64,000 nt of DNA from Eledone cirrhosa (GCA_964016885.1 OZ024745.1:47368001-47432000), one strand, 5' to 3'; positions 41,310 to 54,699 are shown, counted from the stretch's first letter. Notes: generated from the sequence alone by a model not told the origin. Numbers and translations are program-made.

Positions 41310-41497
41310 ATGCTCGGGCAACTGGTCCAAATGATATTACAGATCACCCAGAAAATGATATTTGGTTCAGAAGAGAGAAAAAGCTGGTTGATCAATATAT
41401 TATCAAATCCGGAATGATGAGATTCTCATTTTTACTGGAATGTTGTGCTCCAGGTTCTTTACCTGATCCGCAGCTTGTTGCTGCAATGTTGACTCTG
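41310..41497 (+). CDS. unc80: UNC80 exon (DARATGPND...SGMMRFSFLLECCAPGSLPDPQLVAAMLTL), phase 1-0
   Basis: AG at 41308-41309, GT at 41498; RFxFLLECC.PG..PD.QL.AAML motif recalled as characteristic of UNC80. Confidence 0.9.
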
Positions 41498-41994
41498 GTA
41501 AATTTTCCCTTATATTCTGTTTTTCTTTTTCTTTGTTCCTTTGTTTTCATTGAGAGAAATAGGCTCCACCTGGCTCTATCTGCCCAACATATGCTGCATA
41601 AACACCTCCTCCCATGACCCTAGAGTGTGATGTTCTGAGGCTATTGATAGAAAATAAATTGACCTCCACTGGTTTCAATAACATGCAAGCAGCTGAGTAT
41701 TCCACAAACATGTATCTTTAAGATAATTGTGAAAGAGATTCAGAATGACAGTGTGTGACAAGGTTGGCTGTCTAAAATACAAGCCTGACCTACCTGAAAT
41801 TCTTTCAAATCATGCTGTTTACCTAATTTCATCCACACACTGCTTGGGTTGACACTTATCCAAGACTCCACTATGTGAGATCAAATTTATAATCCCTCAT
41901 TCTGCCATACTGCATCTATGGAAATTATTTGGCTTTGCTGCATCCAAGATCATTGGTGTCATGTTTCTTGTTTGTTTATGTCATGTATGGTAAA

Positions 41995-42185
41995 ATAATT
42001 GTTTCTATTTTTAGTACAAGGCCAGCAATTACCCAGTGCATTACTGGTACTTTATTTTATTTACTCCGTAAGGATGAAAGGCAAAGAGTTAACCTTGGCA
42101 GGATTTGAACTCAGAATGGCAAGGGCTATAACTCTATGCTACAAAGCATGGTGTCCGACTCTCTCTACCGATATTGCCAATCCAC
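41995..42185 (-). mobile_element. tRNA-derived SINE
   Basis: Reverse complement of the 30257/46980 family (ctggtactttattttatttactccgtaaggatgaaaggcaaag). Confidence 0.85.
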
Positions 42186-42777
42186 TAATGGTGTATGTAT
42201 AGTAGAGATATAAACATTTTTTTGGAAATGTTATTGTTGAAATCTCAGGTTAGTCCTCATTGAGAAGACTTGTGATCAAAGGAATTCCACCCACAATGAT
42301 CTGATCTGTTTGTGTATCTATGATTATAATATGTTATTCCTTTAAAACAGTAGTGTGTGGTTTTTAAGTAGATTTGGCTGCTATTTTTAGTATGTTGAAT
42401 GACCACATAAAGGATTGCTCATGGTTGCATTGTATAATATTGTGTAATAGATAGTGTAGTACAGTGTAATGTTGTGTCTTGTGTAATATGCTGATATGTC
42501 ATTGTGTTGTGAATGATGTGTCATGTATAAAGTAGAGGAAGGAATTGGTGAAGCACAGTGTAAGGTTGTGTTATATGTAGTATAATGACAATTTATGTTC
42601 TATTTGCAGTGATGTGTCATGTGTATGCCAGTGTAAATATGTCAGGTGTAGTTTAAAATAGTATAATGTAATCATAAGTAGAGTAATATAATGAAATAAT
42701 GGTTAAAGTAAAATATAGAGAAATATTGTTACCTTTATTGCAACATCTGTTATATATTTCCATATATTCTTCTGTAG

Positions 42778-42993
42778 GAAGCACCTGTGATTGCTCGGGC
42801 AACTTTGTTATTGGAATGTGCCCATTTTATACACCGTTGCAACCATGGGGATTGGCCAAACTGGATGAAACTCAACTTACCAACCTTTCGTCATTCAACT
42901 GCAGCCTTGCAAAGCAGGGGGCAACCTTCAGGTTATAGACGTAGCTTAGTCCTCCAAAGAGCAGCTGGCAAGATGTTTTATCAATGGGCAGAG
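42778..42993 (+). CDS. unc80: UNC80 exon (EAPVIARATLLLECAHFIHRCNHGDWPNWMK...MFYQWAE), phase 0-0
   Basis: tctgtAG acceptor, GTGAGT donor, 216 nt; ARA.L.LECA.F.H.CN.G.WP.WM is a conserved UNC80 motif. Confidence 0.93.
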
Positions 42994-43647
42994 GTGAGTG
43001 AGACTTGACGACAATAACATCAATTATTCCAGAGTTTTTTTTAATTTTATTTAATAGCTTAAGGTTAGTTTGCTGTCTGTGACCAAATAGGGTGTCAACT
43101 CTTTAGTTTAGAACTGGTTACCAATGTGGGTTCAATGGAAAAATTGTCTTGCTCCACAAGATAAGGTATCTTTTAATAACATTTTGTAAAGATTTATTGC
43201 TTTTTTTTATATATAAAAATAAATTTTCTTTAAAATAATTTTTATTTCATTTAATGCATTAGTAACATAAAATAGTAGGGATTGTCTATAAAATATGGGT
43301 TCAGTGATTTTTGGAAATATCATACAAAATGTCCACAATAAAATAAGTTTACCAACCTCTAACTTAGAGTTTACTTGTTAAAAGCCTTTTATAGATAAGA
43401 CACATATTGTATAAGCCGGCATAGAAGTCGACATTTGGAGCCTAAAAATATCTCTCCAAAACCAGGGTTTGACTTGTCTGCCGAATATAAAATGTGGAAG
43501 TATGCATGCTGCTTCACCTGAACTACACCTCAGAAGTTTAGGGGTCGACCTATATGCTGAATCAACTTGTACGCTGGCATATATGGTAAGTGAAGTCTGG
43601 CTCCACTTGAATACCAGCTTGGTCTTTTATGACCCATCCAACTCAAG

Positions 43648-43953
43648 TTGGTACCACAACATCCAGTCCAAATAAATGAGTTAATGAGATCGAGATCGTG
43701 TAGATGACACGACAAAAAAAAAAACACACAGTCCCGCTGTAATGTGGCCGTGTAGGTAACACGGTAAAAAGTTCCCAGTTCCACACTGTAAATGTGGTTG
43801 GTGTTAGGAAGGGCATCCAGCCATAGAAAACCTGCCAGATAGTCCTATATAAGCGAAACACGGCCACCCGATCAACCTTGCCTCAAGTGGGACAACTCCC
43901 GTCTAACCCATGCTAGCGTGGAAGATAGACATTAAACGAAGATGATGATGATG
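43648..43953 (+). mobile_element. RTE 3'-UTR repeat
   Basis: Family match; (GAT)n tail. Confidence 0.88.
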
Positions 43954-44949
43954 GTTAATAATTGAATATAATCATACAACCCATCCAATGGTTTACCTTT
44001 AACCAAGCTACACACTTTCTCTAAGTGAACTTTTCAATATATTCCCCCCCACTGCCACCACCTGAAAATGCTAGAAGAGTTGTATACAAAAAGTTATTTC
44101 TTGACTTGAAGTGGCTTATTATCTAGGAGATTTTGTTTATACAATAGAGTTATCTAAGCTGCTTTTTCCTGTCAGCAACTTCTCACTGCCATCAAACAGA
44201 TGTAGATTGTAATGATGTTGGAAATCTTATGCACCTAGTTAATTATAAACAGCTCTCATTGAAAACAATATCCAGTGTTTTCACATATTCAATAAACTAA
44301 ACAAGCAAATTCATTTGGAAAGTAACGGATATTACACCAGGGCCAATAATAGGTGAGGCAGGGGGAGTCAGTCGAGAGCCTGGTGTGTCAAGGAGAGACT
44401 CATGAATATCTAATGCTCACTCCTAAAAAAAAACACGTCTCAGCTCCCTTCAGTGTTTAGAGCATGGGTCCCTAGCCAGCCAAAACAGACTATTGAATAT
44501 TTTAAAGGATGTTGGATATTCACTTCTTCTCATTCTTCAGAAATTCTATACTGAATTTTTTAGATATTAAAAAATGAGCAAATCATTAGGATGGACCAAA
44601 GAAACAATGCTTCCATTAATCTTCCCATTATAATCAATAATTATTGATACTATCTGCTACTTGTAACACCTCACAGAAGGAACAATATGAAATAAAATTG
44701 TTTACTCAAGAACACAATGTGCCACTCTGTTTAGGAATCAAACTCATGACCTAATGATCATTGCTCTAACACTAATCACTAGATATTAATGCTGTAATAA
44801 GATTTATTAAGATTTATTCTATCTTGCCATATTTAACACACCTCTCTTTAAACAATCTTAAATGTTATTTTTTCATATTTGGATAATTTTGATTTTATTA
44901 TTCTTTTATGTTGTTGTTGTTATAAATATTATAAATGTTTTACTTGTAG

Positions 44950-45085
44950 ACTTTAGGAAGCCAGTTGGAATACATCATGGCTAAAGAATACACTGATAAA
45001 CTAACAGTTATCGATGAAGTCACTGATGAGCTGCGTAAACGAGAATTACGAATGGAAGATGAAAATGAAAATTTTTTAGATGAAG
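44950..45085 (+). CDS. unc80: UNC80 exon (TLGSQLEYIMAKE...MEDENENFLDE), phase 0-1
   Basis: ttgtAG acceptor, G|GTAC donor, 136 nt; phase continuity; acidic E.FLDE motif. Missed by the ORF track because it is short. Confidence 0.88.
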
Positions 45086-45311
45086 GTACATACATACAGT
45101 AACAACACATTGTTTTCTATTCAAAACTGTTAGTTCTTTAGTTCTATTTTTAGTTTGTTAACCAACACAGCAAATACTATACTTGAGCACCATTTGGTTA
45201 TTCTGATGAAATTACAGCCAGTATAATGCAAAATAGAAATAAAGGAGTGAAAATGAGAGTAAAATATGACTAACAAAATAAAACAACAGTTTACATTTTT
45301 ACTTTAATCAC

Positions 45312-45588
45312 CATCATCATCATCGTTTAACGTCCATCTTCCACGCTTGCATGGGTTTGGATGGGAATTTTCCCACTTGAGGCAAGATTGGTTGTCTCGC
45401 TCATATAGGACTATCTGGCGGGTTTTCTATGGCTGGATGCCCTTCCTAACACCAACCACGTTTACAGTGTGGACTGGGAGGTTTTTACCGTGTTACCTAC
45501 ACGACCACATTACAGCGTGGACTGTGTGTTTTTTTGTCGTGACACCTACACGACCTCATTTATTTCGGACTGGATGTTGTGGTACCAA
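45312..45588 (-). mobile_element. RTE 3'-UTR repeat
   Basis: Reverse-complement homolog of 43648-43953. Confidence 0.9.
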
Positions 45589-45881
45589 TATATATATACT
45601 CAATAAATGTAATGAAGACATCATAAATCATCCTTTTTATTATTATTATGATTATATATATATAAAGAGAGAGAGAGAGATGTATTAGGTAGATTAGTAA
45701 CATGTTTAAATCAATCGAATAAAGTATTAAACTTTGGTTATATATTTATTCATTATACATACACATATGATGTCAACATGAATGGACCTGTTATTTTTAT
45801 CTAAAGACAATTTTTTCCAATTCCAACCTGCCCGTCCCCTCAACCCGCCCGTTCCCTCAATCTATCTTATTTCTCATTCTT

Positions 45882-45917
45882 TCTTCTGTTGAAGGACTAG
45901 CGTCCGAAACGTTAAGA
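45882..45917 (+). ncRNA. Minimal hammerhead motif, core variant CUGUUGA, within a repeat (about 45860-46005)
   Basis: TCTT CTGTTGA A GGAC TAGC GTCC GAAAC GTT AAGA: 4-bp stem I, 4-bp stem II, palindromic AACGTT stem III. Confidence 0.6.
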
Positions 45918-46669
45918 CCCTTTTCCTGCTATATCAAGCGTTAACCTAATATATTCCTTCCATATACTGTACTGATTGTGTTGTTATTTCTGTTTACCTT
46001 TTACATATATGTATATATATATATGTATATATATATGGAGGAGGAGGAGTACTTTATATTTCATAATATTTCAAAATTAGAGTTCTATATTTAAAAGAAA
46101 GAAAATGGAGTGTGATAATGGTGTCGAACTGAGCTCTTGTTTCAATATTTCCTTTGAATTCAATCTAACACTATCAACTAGGCTTTGAGTGCCTTTAATG
46201 GAGTTCAGTGTTGCAAGCATTTGAGCTGAGTCTCCAGTTTGAGAATAACTTCCTTCCATCTTCTTGCCAAAATTTTTTTTACCAGGCCTACCTCCTTCTG
46301 GGCCTAAGTAAGGGGCCTCATAACTTAACTAGCATAGGGCCTCATTTGTCCTAAATCGGGCACTGCTTATGTTGTTGTTTTTTTTTTATTTTACTATTTC
46401 ATTAGTTCTAAAATAGATTTGTTAAACCCAAATATGGAATGGTGATGTAGAAATATATCTATTGAAATATGTTGCAAGAGAACAAAAGTTGAGATTAATA
46501 ACCTAGAAAACCCACACTACTCGTTTCCACTTATGGTTTTAACCAGTTGGATGTGGCCATGTTGGAACACAACCAATACTCTGTTATTTCTTTTGAATGC
46601 TATTTTATTTTTCCCTTAAATAATACCATTCAGTTTTCAAAGTAAGGTATTCAATGTTTCCGTTTCTAG

Positions 46670-46933
46670 CTACTGTAAATTTTACTGGAGCTGAATGCCC
46701 TTATGCCTTGAAAATGGTTGCTTGCCTAGTCCTCCTGGAAATTACAACTTTTATGAGAGAAACCTATCAATATATACCTAAATCGCGCATGGGAAAAAGA
46801 GATGCTGTATGGGAGCGAACAGCAAGTACAACTCGCAGATGGAGTAGTGGAATTGGTAGTCCTGGACATTCAGAGAAAAGTATTGAATCAAACATAGGAG
46901 ATGTGCAACAAACAATGCAGTCTGGTTCAACAA
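46670..46933 (+). CDS. unc80: UNC80 exon (ATVNFTGAECPYALKMVACLVLLEITTFMRETYQ...QSGST), phase 1-1
   Basis: tttctAG acceptor, A|GTAAGT donor, 264 nt; CP.AL..VAC..LLEIT.F.RE motif of invertebrate UNC80. Confidence 0.92.
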
Positions 46934-46979
46934 GTAAGTATGGCCAACTTTCTAGAGATGCGTTTTGTAAACATTATTA

Positions 46980-47163
46980 CGGCAGTATCAGTAGAGGGTC
47001 GGACGCCATGCTTTGCAGCAAAGAGTTACGCCCCTTTATCGTCTGAGTTCAAATGCCACCGAGGTTAACTTTGCCTTTCATCCTTACGGGGTCGATAAAA
47101 TAAAGTACCAGTAATACACTGGGATAATTGCTGGCCTTGTGCCAAAAGTAGAAATAATTATTA
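46980..47163 (+). mobile_element. Young tRNA-derived SINE
   Basis: Near-identical to 30257-30430. Confidence 0.88.
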
Positions 47164-49103
47164 CATTTTCTTTTAGAGTGGTGGATTGGCCCAATTGCTA
47201 GAGCTTCAGATAAAATGTCATTCTGATATTTGTTCCTGTACTTTTAATTTAACATGGTTAAATTTGCCTCTTGTTCTTCTGGTGTTAATAAAATATTGTA
47301 TTAGTACTGCAGTCAATATAATCAACTTTCCTCTTCTTAAATTACTGACCTTGTGACAATGTTAGAAATAATTAATACGTTTGTTTTCTATAATAGTGTA
47401 GATTAAATAGGGATATATGTATAGTAACTATTCTTTTATTCTACTGGTTTCAGTCATTCAACTAAGTCCATGCTGGGGCTCCACCTTCAAAAGGCTTTAG
47501 TCAATCAAATCGGTCCTAGTACTCATTTTATTGATCCCTATTTTTTAACTGCTCGGTTACAGGAGATAAACAAACTGTAATGCAAAAAATAAAAAAAAAA
47601 CATGGGTGATGGGGAATTACAAATACGCTTAATTTGAATAAAATGTTACTCCCCTTCCCTTGATGCCCTAAACATGTGCTTATTTTTCTTAGTGATTGAT
47701 CCAGACCTGCTTCCACTTAGCTTTTTATTCTATTCATGTTTAATCTTCACTCAATCAATAACATTTTATGGATGTTAATAGAAAAAAATTGTATTACATT
47801 CCTTAAAAAAAAAAAAATCATTTCCATATGACTGGAAAAATTAATGAGCATAGCATTTCTAAAACTTTAAAAGTTAATGTAATATCAAATTCTATGTTTG
47901 CAATTTTAGATTGATCCATAAAATAAAAATGCTTTCTTGAATTTTAACCTTAGTGAGATTTGATTACAGAACAAAGTGGCACAGTGTCTTGTAAGATAGA
48001 CTCATTTGATTACATAACTAAAAGGCACAATATCTTGTGAGATGGAGTTATTTAATTACAGAACAAAGTCTACTCTGAAAAATCTGCTTGATCCATGTTT
48101 CATATTTCTCTAGATTGATTGACTTTGGCAGATATCTTGTATGTATGTATTTGTAGTTGTATGTGTGTATGTGACTGTTTCAGTGGGTTCATAGTTATTT
48201 GTGTAATTGTTTTCAGATCACAATCATAGTCAATGTGTGTTAGTGTGTCATCAACAGCTCCATGTGACTGTGTATTTGTGTAAATACACAAAACGTTTGA
48301 ATTAAAAGTTTTTGTCAATTTTTTTTTATTTAAATACAATAAATTTTAAAGATTTTATTTTATTTTACATGCTTTGTAAACTGACTTTTTGTTGCATGTT
48401 AGTTTAGCTTCAATTATAAAAATATTTCTTTTGATTAAGCACATGATCAATTTTTGCAGCAGAGGAGTATAATCTGTTGATTCAACTTAGTATTTTACTG
48501 GGACATATTTTAGGAACCCTGTAAGAATGAAACCCCTGTAGATTTTAGTTTAAAAGCTTAGTGATATAAAGCTAAATACTGCAAATCATCTGACCCATCA
48601 CTACAATGATGTTGATGATGATGATATAGCCTATATCAATTTCAACAGTGAATAGTTTGATAAACTGTATAACCAACTTATGAGTTGACATGTAAGTGGT
48701 TGAGTATTCCACAGACATATGGTATCCTTAATGAAATTCCCAAGCCTTGACACAATATGGGCTATTAAAACCTTTCTCCCCTGTGAAACCTTTTATCAGT
48801 TAACTCTGACTGTCAAAAACATACTGGTATATCTTTTAAGCCCCTCCACATGTGTTCCAAAGACATACTTCTACATGTTAGTTTAATTTGTAAATCTCAG
48901 GCCTAGACAGTAATTAAAGCAAATTATATCAAAATATCTTTTTTTTAACAATTTCTTTTTTAAATGCAAAAATTAATCTATAATCTTAACCTGGGGCAGT
49001 AAAATACCAAAAATAGCACTGGCACTCAAGAGTTAAGATATTGTTGAACGAAAAATATAATAAAATGTTTTAAAAGATTTTTATTTTCTCTTCCAATATG
49101 CAG

Positions 49104-49220
49104 CTGTTGGAAGCCCAACAGAGAGAAAAATAAGTTTTGCCGTCCAGGCCGAGCGATCAGATTCTATCCATAGTAGTAACACATCACTGTCAGTTGTAGA
49201 AGGAACAGAGGAAAGGAAAG
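49104..49220 (+). CDS. unc80: UNC80 exon (TVGSPTERKISFAVQAERSDSIHSSNTSLSVVEGTEERK), phase 1-1
   Basis: Pyrimidine tract plus cAG, AAG|GTAAAT donor, 117 nt, in frame with the previous exon; ERKISF motif. Confidence 0.85.
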
Positions 49221-49929
49221 GTAAATATTTTGGAATTTTCTTCAAATTCTGTATTATTTATAAATCATGTTTTATTCCAAAGTCAAATTACAGAAAGAAA
49301 ATGTATGTAAAAAAAACAACAATATGCAAACAATATCTAAAGGAATTTTCAGGTTCTGAAAACATATATTATCATTACTATTATGAATTATTATGATCAT
49401 TATTGTTATTATTAATATTATTTATTACCATGCTTTCAACAGTTTTGTACAAGATACTATCCCACTACCAGATGTGCATCATTGTGATTGAGATTCTCAG
49501 ATTCTTGCAGCATTGTCTTTTGGGGGTGAAAAGTTGTATTTGTATACTACATCAATTTTGTTTTGTTGTGGAGGTTGTTTTCTTGGGGGATTGCTTTTGT
49601 TGTAGGGGGTTGCTTTGTTGTGGGGGGGTTGCTTTGTTGTTTCTGGTATTATTTTAGTATTTTCTCTGTTGTTTAGAGAGTGTACAACATAAATTGGTTT
49701 GGTGGTGTTTGGGTGTTGTATATTCTGTGTTATGTGTTTTAGTTGCTCAGTGATGTTTGTGCAGAGTATGTGGGTTGCGTTATATTAAAAGCTAGGAATC
49801 ATGAAGAATGTGAGTTTTGTTAGTCAGTTATGTTATATCAATGGATATTGATTATGTAAGACTGTGTTGTGTTATTTTGTTGCATAGCACCAGCTTCAGC
49901 ATTCTGTAATCAGATGGGAAGAAGGTGTA

Positions 49930-50350
49930 AAAACCAAACTCACTATCTTTAATTTGGTATTTGTGTTAACCCTTACCTTGGGTAATGATGGAAAGAATAT
50001 GATTACCAATCTAAGTGGCTGAAATGGGATTCCTTCAAAGGATCTTTGGAGTAACGTTACTCGATAGAGTGTATAGCTTGGAGATCAGAGAGTCACTCAC
50101 AGCTCTGATACTATGGGCATGTGGTTAGAATGTCTCAGAAAAAAATTGCTGGACAGATTTTACAGACAGAACCAACCAGTAGGAGACCCAGGGGTAGATC
50201 CCAAGCAAAATGGTTGGATAACATCCATGAGCTTGGCTGGTCTTGCTTGGGGATCCAGCTGGATCAATTAGAGACAGTTGCTTCTGACAGGACCCACTGG
50301 ACTCTGCACCCATGAACCTCCCAGGAATAAGTGGGGGAAGAAGAACGGCA
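49930..50350 (+). mobile_element. Degraded RTE LINE 3' fragment (another family)
   Basis: AEMGFLQRIFGVTLLDRV, YGHVVRM, RPRGR...W remnants. Confidence 0.7.
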
Positions 50351-50559
50351 ACAAATACATAGAGTATTATATTATTTTGTAGGCTAGCAAATACATAGAG
50401 TCTGTGTTGTGTTATTGTATTGGATGGCAGATATATAGTGTATGATGAAAATTCCCTAGAGTATGTGTTATGTTGTTTTATTGGGTGGTGATTGTAAAGA
50501 GTATATGTCATAAGTAGAGACTGTACCGTGTGAGATATACTATTCGTTGAAAGTGTCTC

Positions 50560-51300
50560 ATGTAGGCTGTATCTTGCAGGGTTGTCATTTTGACTGTAAT
50601 GTCATGAGCCTTGGTATGATTTTTATGTTTTTATTTTCTTCTTTATGATAACTTGTGCTCCAGTTATTATTGGGACTGCCTTTATGTTCATGCCCCACAT
50701 TGTCCATTTTTCAATTTCAAGATCCTTATATTTTGACATGGCAGTGAATTGGCAGAGTGATTGGGTCGTCAAATTAAATGTCTTGGTATTTGTTTCAGCT
50801 ACCTATGCTCTAAGTTCAAATCCTACTGAGGCCAACTTTGCCTTTCATCTTTTTGAGGTGGATAAATAAAGTACCAGTCAAGTACTGGGGTTGACTCTTC
50901 CCCTACCTTTCTTACTTATTTTTCCTCACTCTCTCTTCTTTTCCAGAAGAAATTAGCTACGTTCAGACCTGAATAGGGATGGATTCAGCCAAGTTTAAAA
51001 TGTTGAAGACACACCATGTATTAGAATAGTGGTGTTCCTATGACTCCATCAGGAGTTAAGGGCTATTTTATTTCCTTTACTTTATACTTTGACAGTTTTT
51101 CCACCTCCTTCTAGGTAAAGCTTTGGTCAGAAGGATTCAAGATATTTACCAGAATATAGATATGTTTATTCCAATCCTTGATATTATATTAGGATGGTTT
51201 GCCTTGACTTTCTTCTCAGTCTGAACAAACATGCCCTGAAGGTTGTGGCAAGTTTGTTGTCATGCACTTGTCTTTGGTACATGTTTATGTGACTTCCTTG
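50560..51300 (-). mobile_element. RLE-type non-LTR (R4/Dong-like) C-terminal fragment split by a SINE
   Basis: Minus strand remnants PSD...KEVEKLSKY | KYKDLEIE...MWGM..KAVPII.GA. Confidence 0.6.
50739..51080 (+). mobile_element. Full-length SINE (alternative tail) with target-site duplication
   Basis: Flanked by ttatattttgaca and ttatactttgaca. Confidence 0.8.
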
Positions 51301-51304
51301 TAAA

Positions 51305-51600
51305 GGCATGTAGCTCAGTGGTAAGGGTGTTCTGTTTACAATCATAAAGTCAAGAGTTCAATTCTCAGACCAGGCAGCACATTGTGTCCTTGAATAAGAC
51401 ACTTTATTTTAGATTGCTCCAGTTCACTCAGTACCTGAATTTTTAGTGTCAACTGTGTCACACATTGAATTAAGTTGAATCTTCTTTAGATTAATGTTAA
51501 GGGTACATGTATATGGAGTGCTCAGCTAATTAAACATTAATTTCACGAGCTGGTAGTTCTATTGGTTGAATCAACTGGAGCACCAGGCATCAGAAATGTC
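51305..51600 (+). mobile_element. tRNA-headed CORE-like SINE
   Basis: A box tagctcagtgg, B box gagttcaattc, gtgtccttgaataagacact core. Confidence 0.8.
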
Positions 51601-53914
51601 AGAGGTCCAACAACAACATGACTTTCTATCTGTTTCCTTGTTAAAGTATTGGCACATTGGTCAGTAGAAACAGCAGCTGACCTGATCATGTCTGTCTATA
51701 TGCTATTTAGATTTGGGTAGTTAAGACTGGTCAGCCACAAATGATGTGGTTACTTAACAATAATTGTCACCATTATCATGTTTTTAACATCTTTGTGTGA
51801 GTTTTTACTGCACCACCAGGTGCATATCCATGCTCCCAAAGTGTGTGTGTATATCATCATCATCATAGTTTGTTAGAAGTGTTGGTATATTAACTATGGG
51901 ATCACTTACTGTTACAGCCAGTAAATGAATATTATTAGTGTGTGTGTATGTTCTGTTTTGATTTGATTTTTTCATAGGTTCCTAACAGTTTTCAACTGTA
52001 GCAGTTTAATTAAAAGATGATAATGATTAATTATCGACAATATTTATATATGTTTGTTCCTGGTTAATATTTACTGTAGAAAGTTTTCCAATTCAAAGGG
52101 TTGGGAGGACCCTCAGTGGTGTCAAAGACTTCTCCTGTGCACTTGGTATATATATATGACCATACATAAGCAAGACGACAGATCCCTGGCTTGTCTGTGA
52201 GATCTGTAGCCCTGCTTCAGTACTGACTTAGTCTATGTAAACCTGTCCAATCCTTACTAACAGGGAAAGCGGACATTAAAACAATGATGATGATAGTGAA
52301 GAAACTATGCTCCTATAATTGCTTTAGTGAAACCTAATTAATATATTAACATATTTATCCAAAACTATAAGGATTGTGCAAATGAAGAGAAAGAGATTTC
52401 TTCCCATTAAGGTTACTGTTTCAAAGAACAACTTTATCTTATGTAAAATTTTATTTTCATAAATTATCAAAAGATTAACAATTTACAGAAAAAAACTAAT
52501 CAGAAAAAAAAAATAAAGATAAGAAAAAGCAGAAAAAATGGTTGGAAAAGACAAATTCAATTACACACCATAACAAGGGTAGGGTGGAGATCTCTGGAGT
52601 TTTCTTCTAAGAATTTTAAAATTATTCTAACTTTTTTATTGCTATATTTCTAATGAAAACACTCCAATGATTTTCAAATAATTTGAAGGGGGTTAGGAAT
52701 ACAACTAACTTTCTCATTACTAAGCTGGTGTTTGGAACATTACACAGAATTCTGATGAAAGTTAAATATAAAGATTTTCAAATGAACAGTTTTATATCAT
52801 GAAAGCAGGGACAGCTTCATGTAGTTTCGTATCAAAAGGGTTAATATTTATAACATCTTCATTTTCTTTATACAGCCTCTTAACATGGATTCAACATCAT
52901 CTGCAAAATCACCTCATTTCCTTCACCTTCTTCTATCTTCTATCCTTCCTTCTATTTGAATTTTAAAGACCTACATCAGCCAACTCCAATATCTTATTAG
53001 CAAGACAAAGAGTCTTCTCTTTATTCTGTTTTAATTGCCCATTATTATGCCATCTCTATACTAATTCCTATTAGAATTAGTCATCACTGTGGAACCTGAT
53101 TTATTCTGTTGTATGCTTGTGGTTATATCTTAAAAAACAAAGAAAAATTACCAACATTTTAACTGTGTTAAGTACCTTGTGTTAAATGTATATAAAAGTA
53201 TATTTATGCATATGAACTACCTAAGCCATGCATTTTCTGAGTGTCACAAAAAGACATTGTAAAAAGCTGCAGTTTCTCAAACAGCCACCTTGTATCATTT
53301 GTAATGTTACTTGAACAGATTCTCTACTTAGGAATTTTGTTATTCCTTATGACCTCAATTGCATTCTTATAAACACACACTCTCTCTCACAAACACACAC
53401 ATACTCACACACACTTCATCATCATCATTATTGTTTTACATCCGCTTTTTCATGCTTGCAACATAGACACACATACATATATATATATACACACACACAC
53501 ACTCTCTCGTTCTCTCTAATGAAAGAATTTGGAGGAATTTAATAATATAACTGGGTTTTGTTGAATAACTTATGAAACATTTTTTACATAAAATTATAAT
53601 GAAAGTTTAAATATAAATATAATCTCTTTGAAACAAAAGTTTTTGTATCTTAGAACCAAGGAGGGAGTTTCAGACAGTTTGATAACAAACAAATTAGAGT
53701 AAGGCTATAATTAACCTAACCATCTATTGTTTATCATCTTCAAAGCAAATGCAAAATCTCTAACTATTCTCTAATATAAAATAAATTTACATGCAAGACA
53801 ATTTTGTTGAATTATTTCACAATTGTCCAAATTTATAAACATGTGTCAAATAATCTATTCATAATCCTTTACCTTTTTAACCAGCTAATAAATATAAATT
53901 GTATCTATTTTTAA

Positions 53915-54138
53915 CCCTTTAATGTTCAAACCGGCCAAAACCGGCTAGGATTCTGTACCTCTTTCTGTTGAAACTGTCTATTACCGGTCGCTCAAACAGA
54001 TGTTAAGGTATTATTCTCAAAATAAATACTTTTAAAATCTCATAGATTCGATATTATGTGAGATAATTATGCGAGGTAAAGCCTTTACCATGAAAATATA
54101 ATAGTATATATATAGAGAGTAATGTGAATGTTAAAGGG
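53915..54138. mobile_element. piggyBac-like MITE family A, copy 3, intact TTAA duplication
   Basis: TTAA-CCCTTTAA ... TTAAAGGG-TTAA. Confidence 0.85.
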
Positions 54139-54564
54139 TTAAGGCAAAAATCAAAACTCGCATTTTTAAGACAAAATAAGTTTTTTTTTTTTTCATTAGA
54201 TCTTTATTCTAATACTTATGTTATTGTACGTGTCATAATTCTGTATATATGATGTGTGTGTATGTTTTTGACATTAGCTACTTTGAGTGTTTTTAATAAG
54301 GCACATATATTATTTTTCTACTTTATATCAGCACTATCTCAAAATATTTGAGATAGTAAAAATGTTTGAAATTAAGCAGCTTGTTCTTTCAGAGAAGAGC
54401 TACCTCATTTCCTCTCCTTTTATTTCTTTTATTTTCTTCAACATATTGTATTAATTAATTAGATTGTCTTGGCCTGTTTTTAGTCTCCCCTCTTCTATCC
54501 TTCTCTGCCTCTCGGCAGTAAGATAAGTTAGATAGCAATGTGATTGTGTTTGGATGTGTGCATT

Positions 54565-54575
54565 ATATATATGTA

Positions 54576-54617
<42 letters not shown>

Positions 54618-54645
54618 GACACACATACACACACACATACCCACA

Positions 54646-54699
<54 letters not shown>

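Noticed and set aside
46934-47046. Exon extension into the SINE as an alternative C-terminus
   Set aside because: The strong GTAAGT donor and the in-phase downstream exon explain the structure; the read-through is probably chance.
51305-51380. tRNA gene (also 11570-11638 and 28680-28742)
   Set aside because: A and B boxes are present but there is no intact cloverleaf. The first two continue into SINE body sequence.
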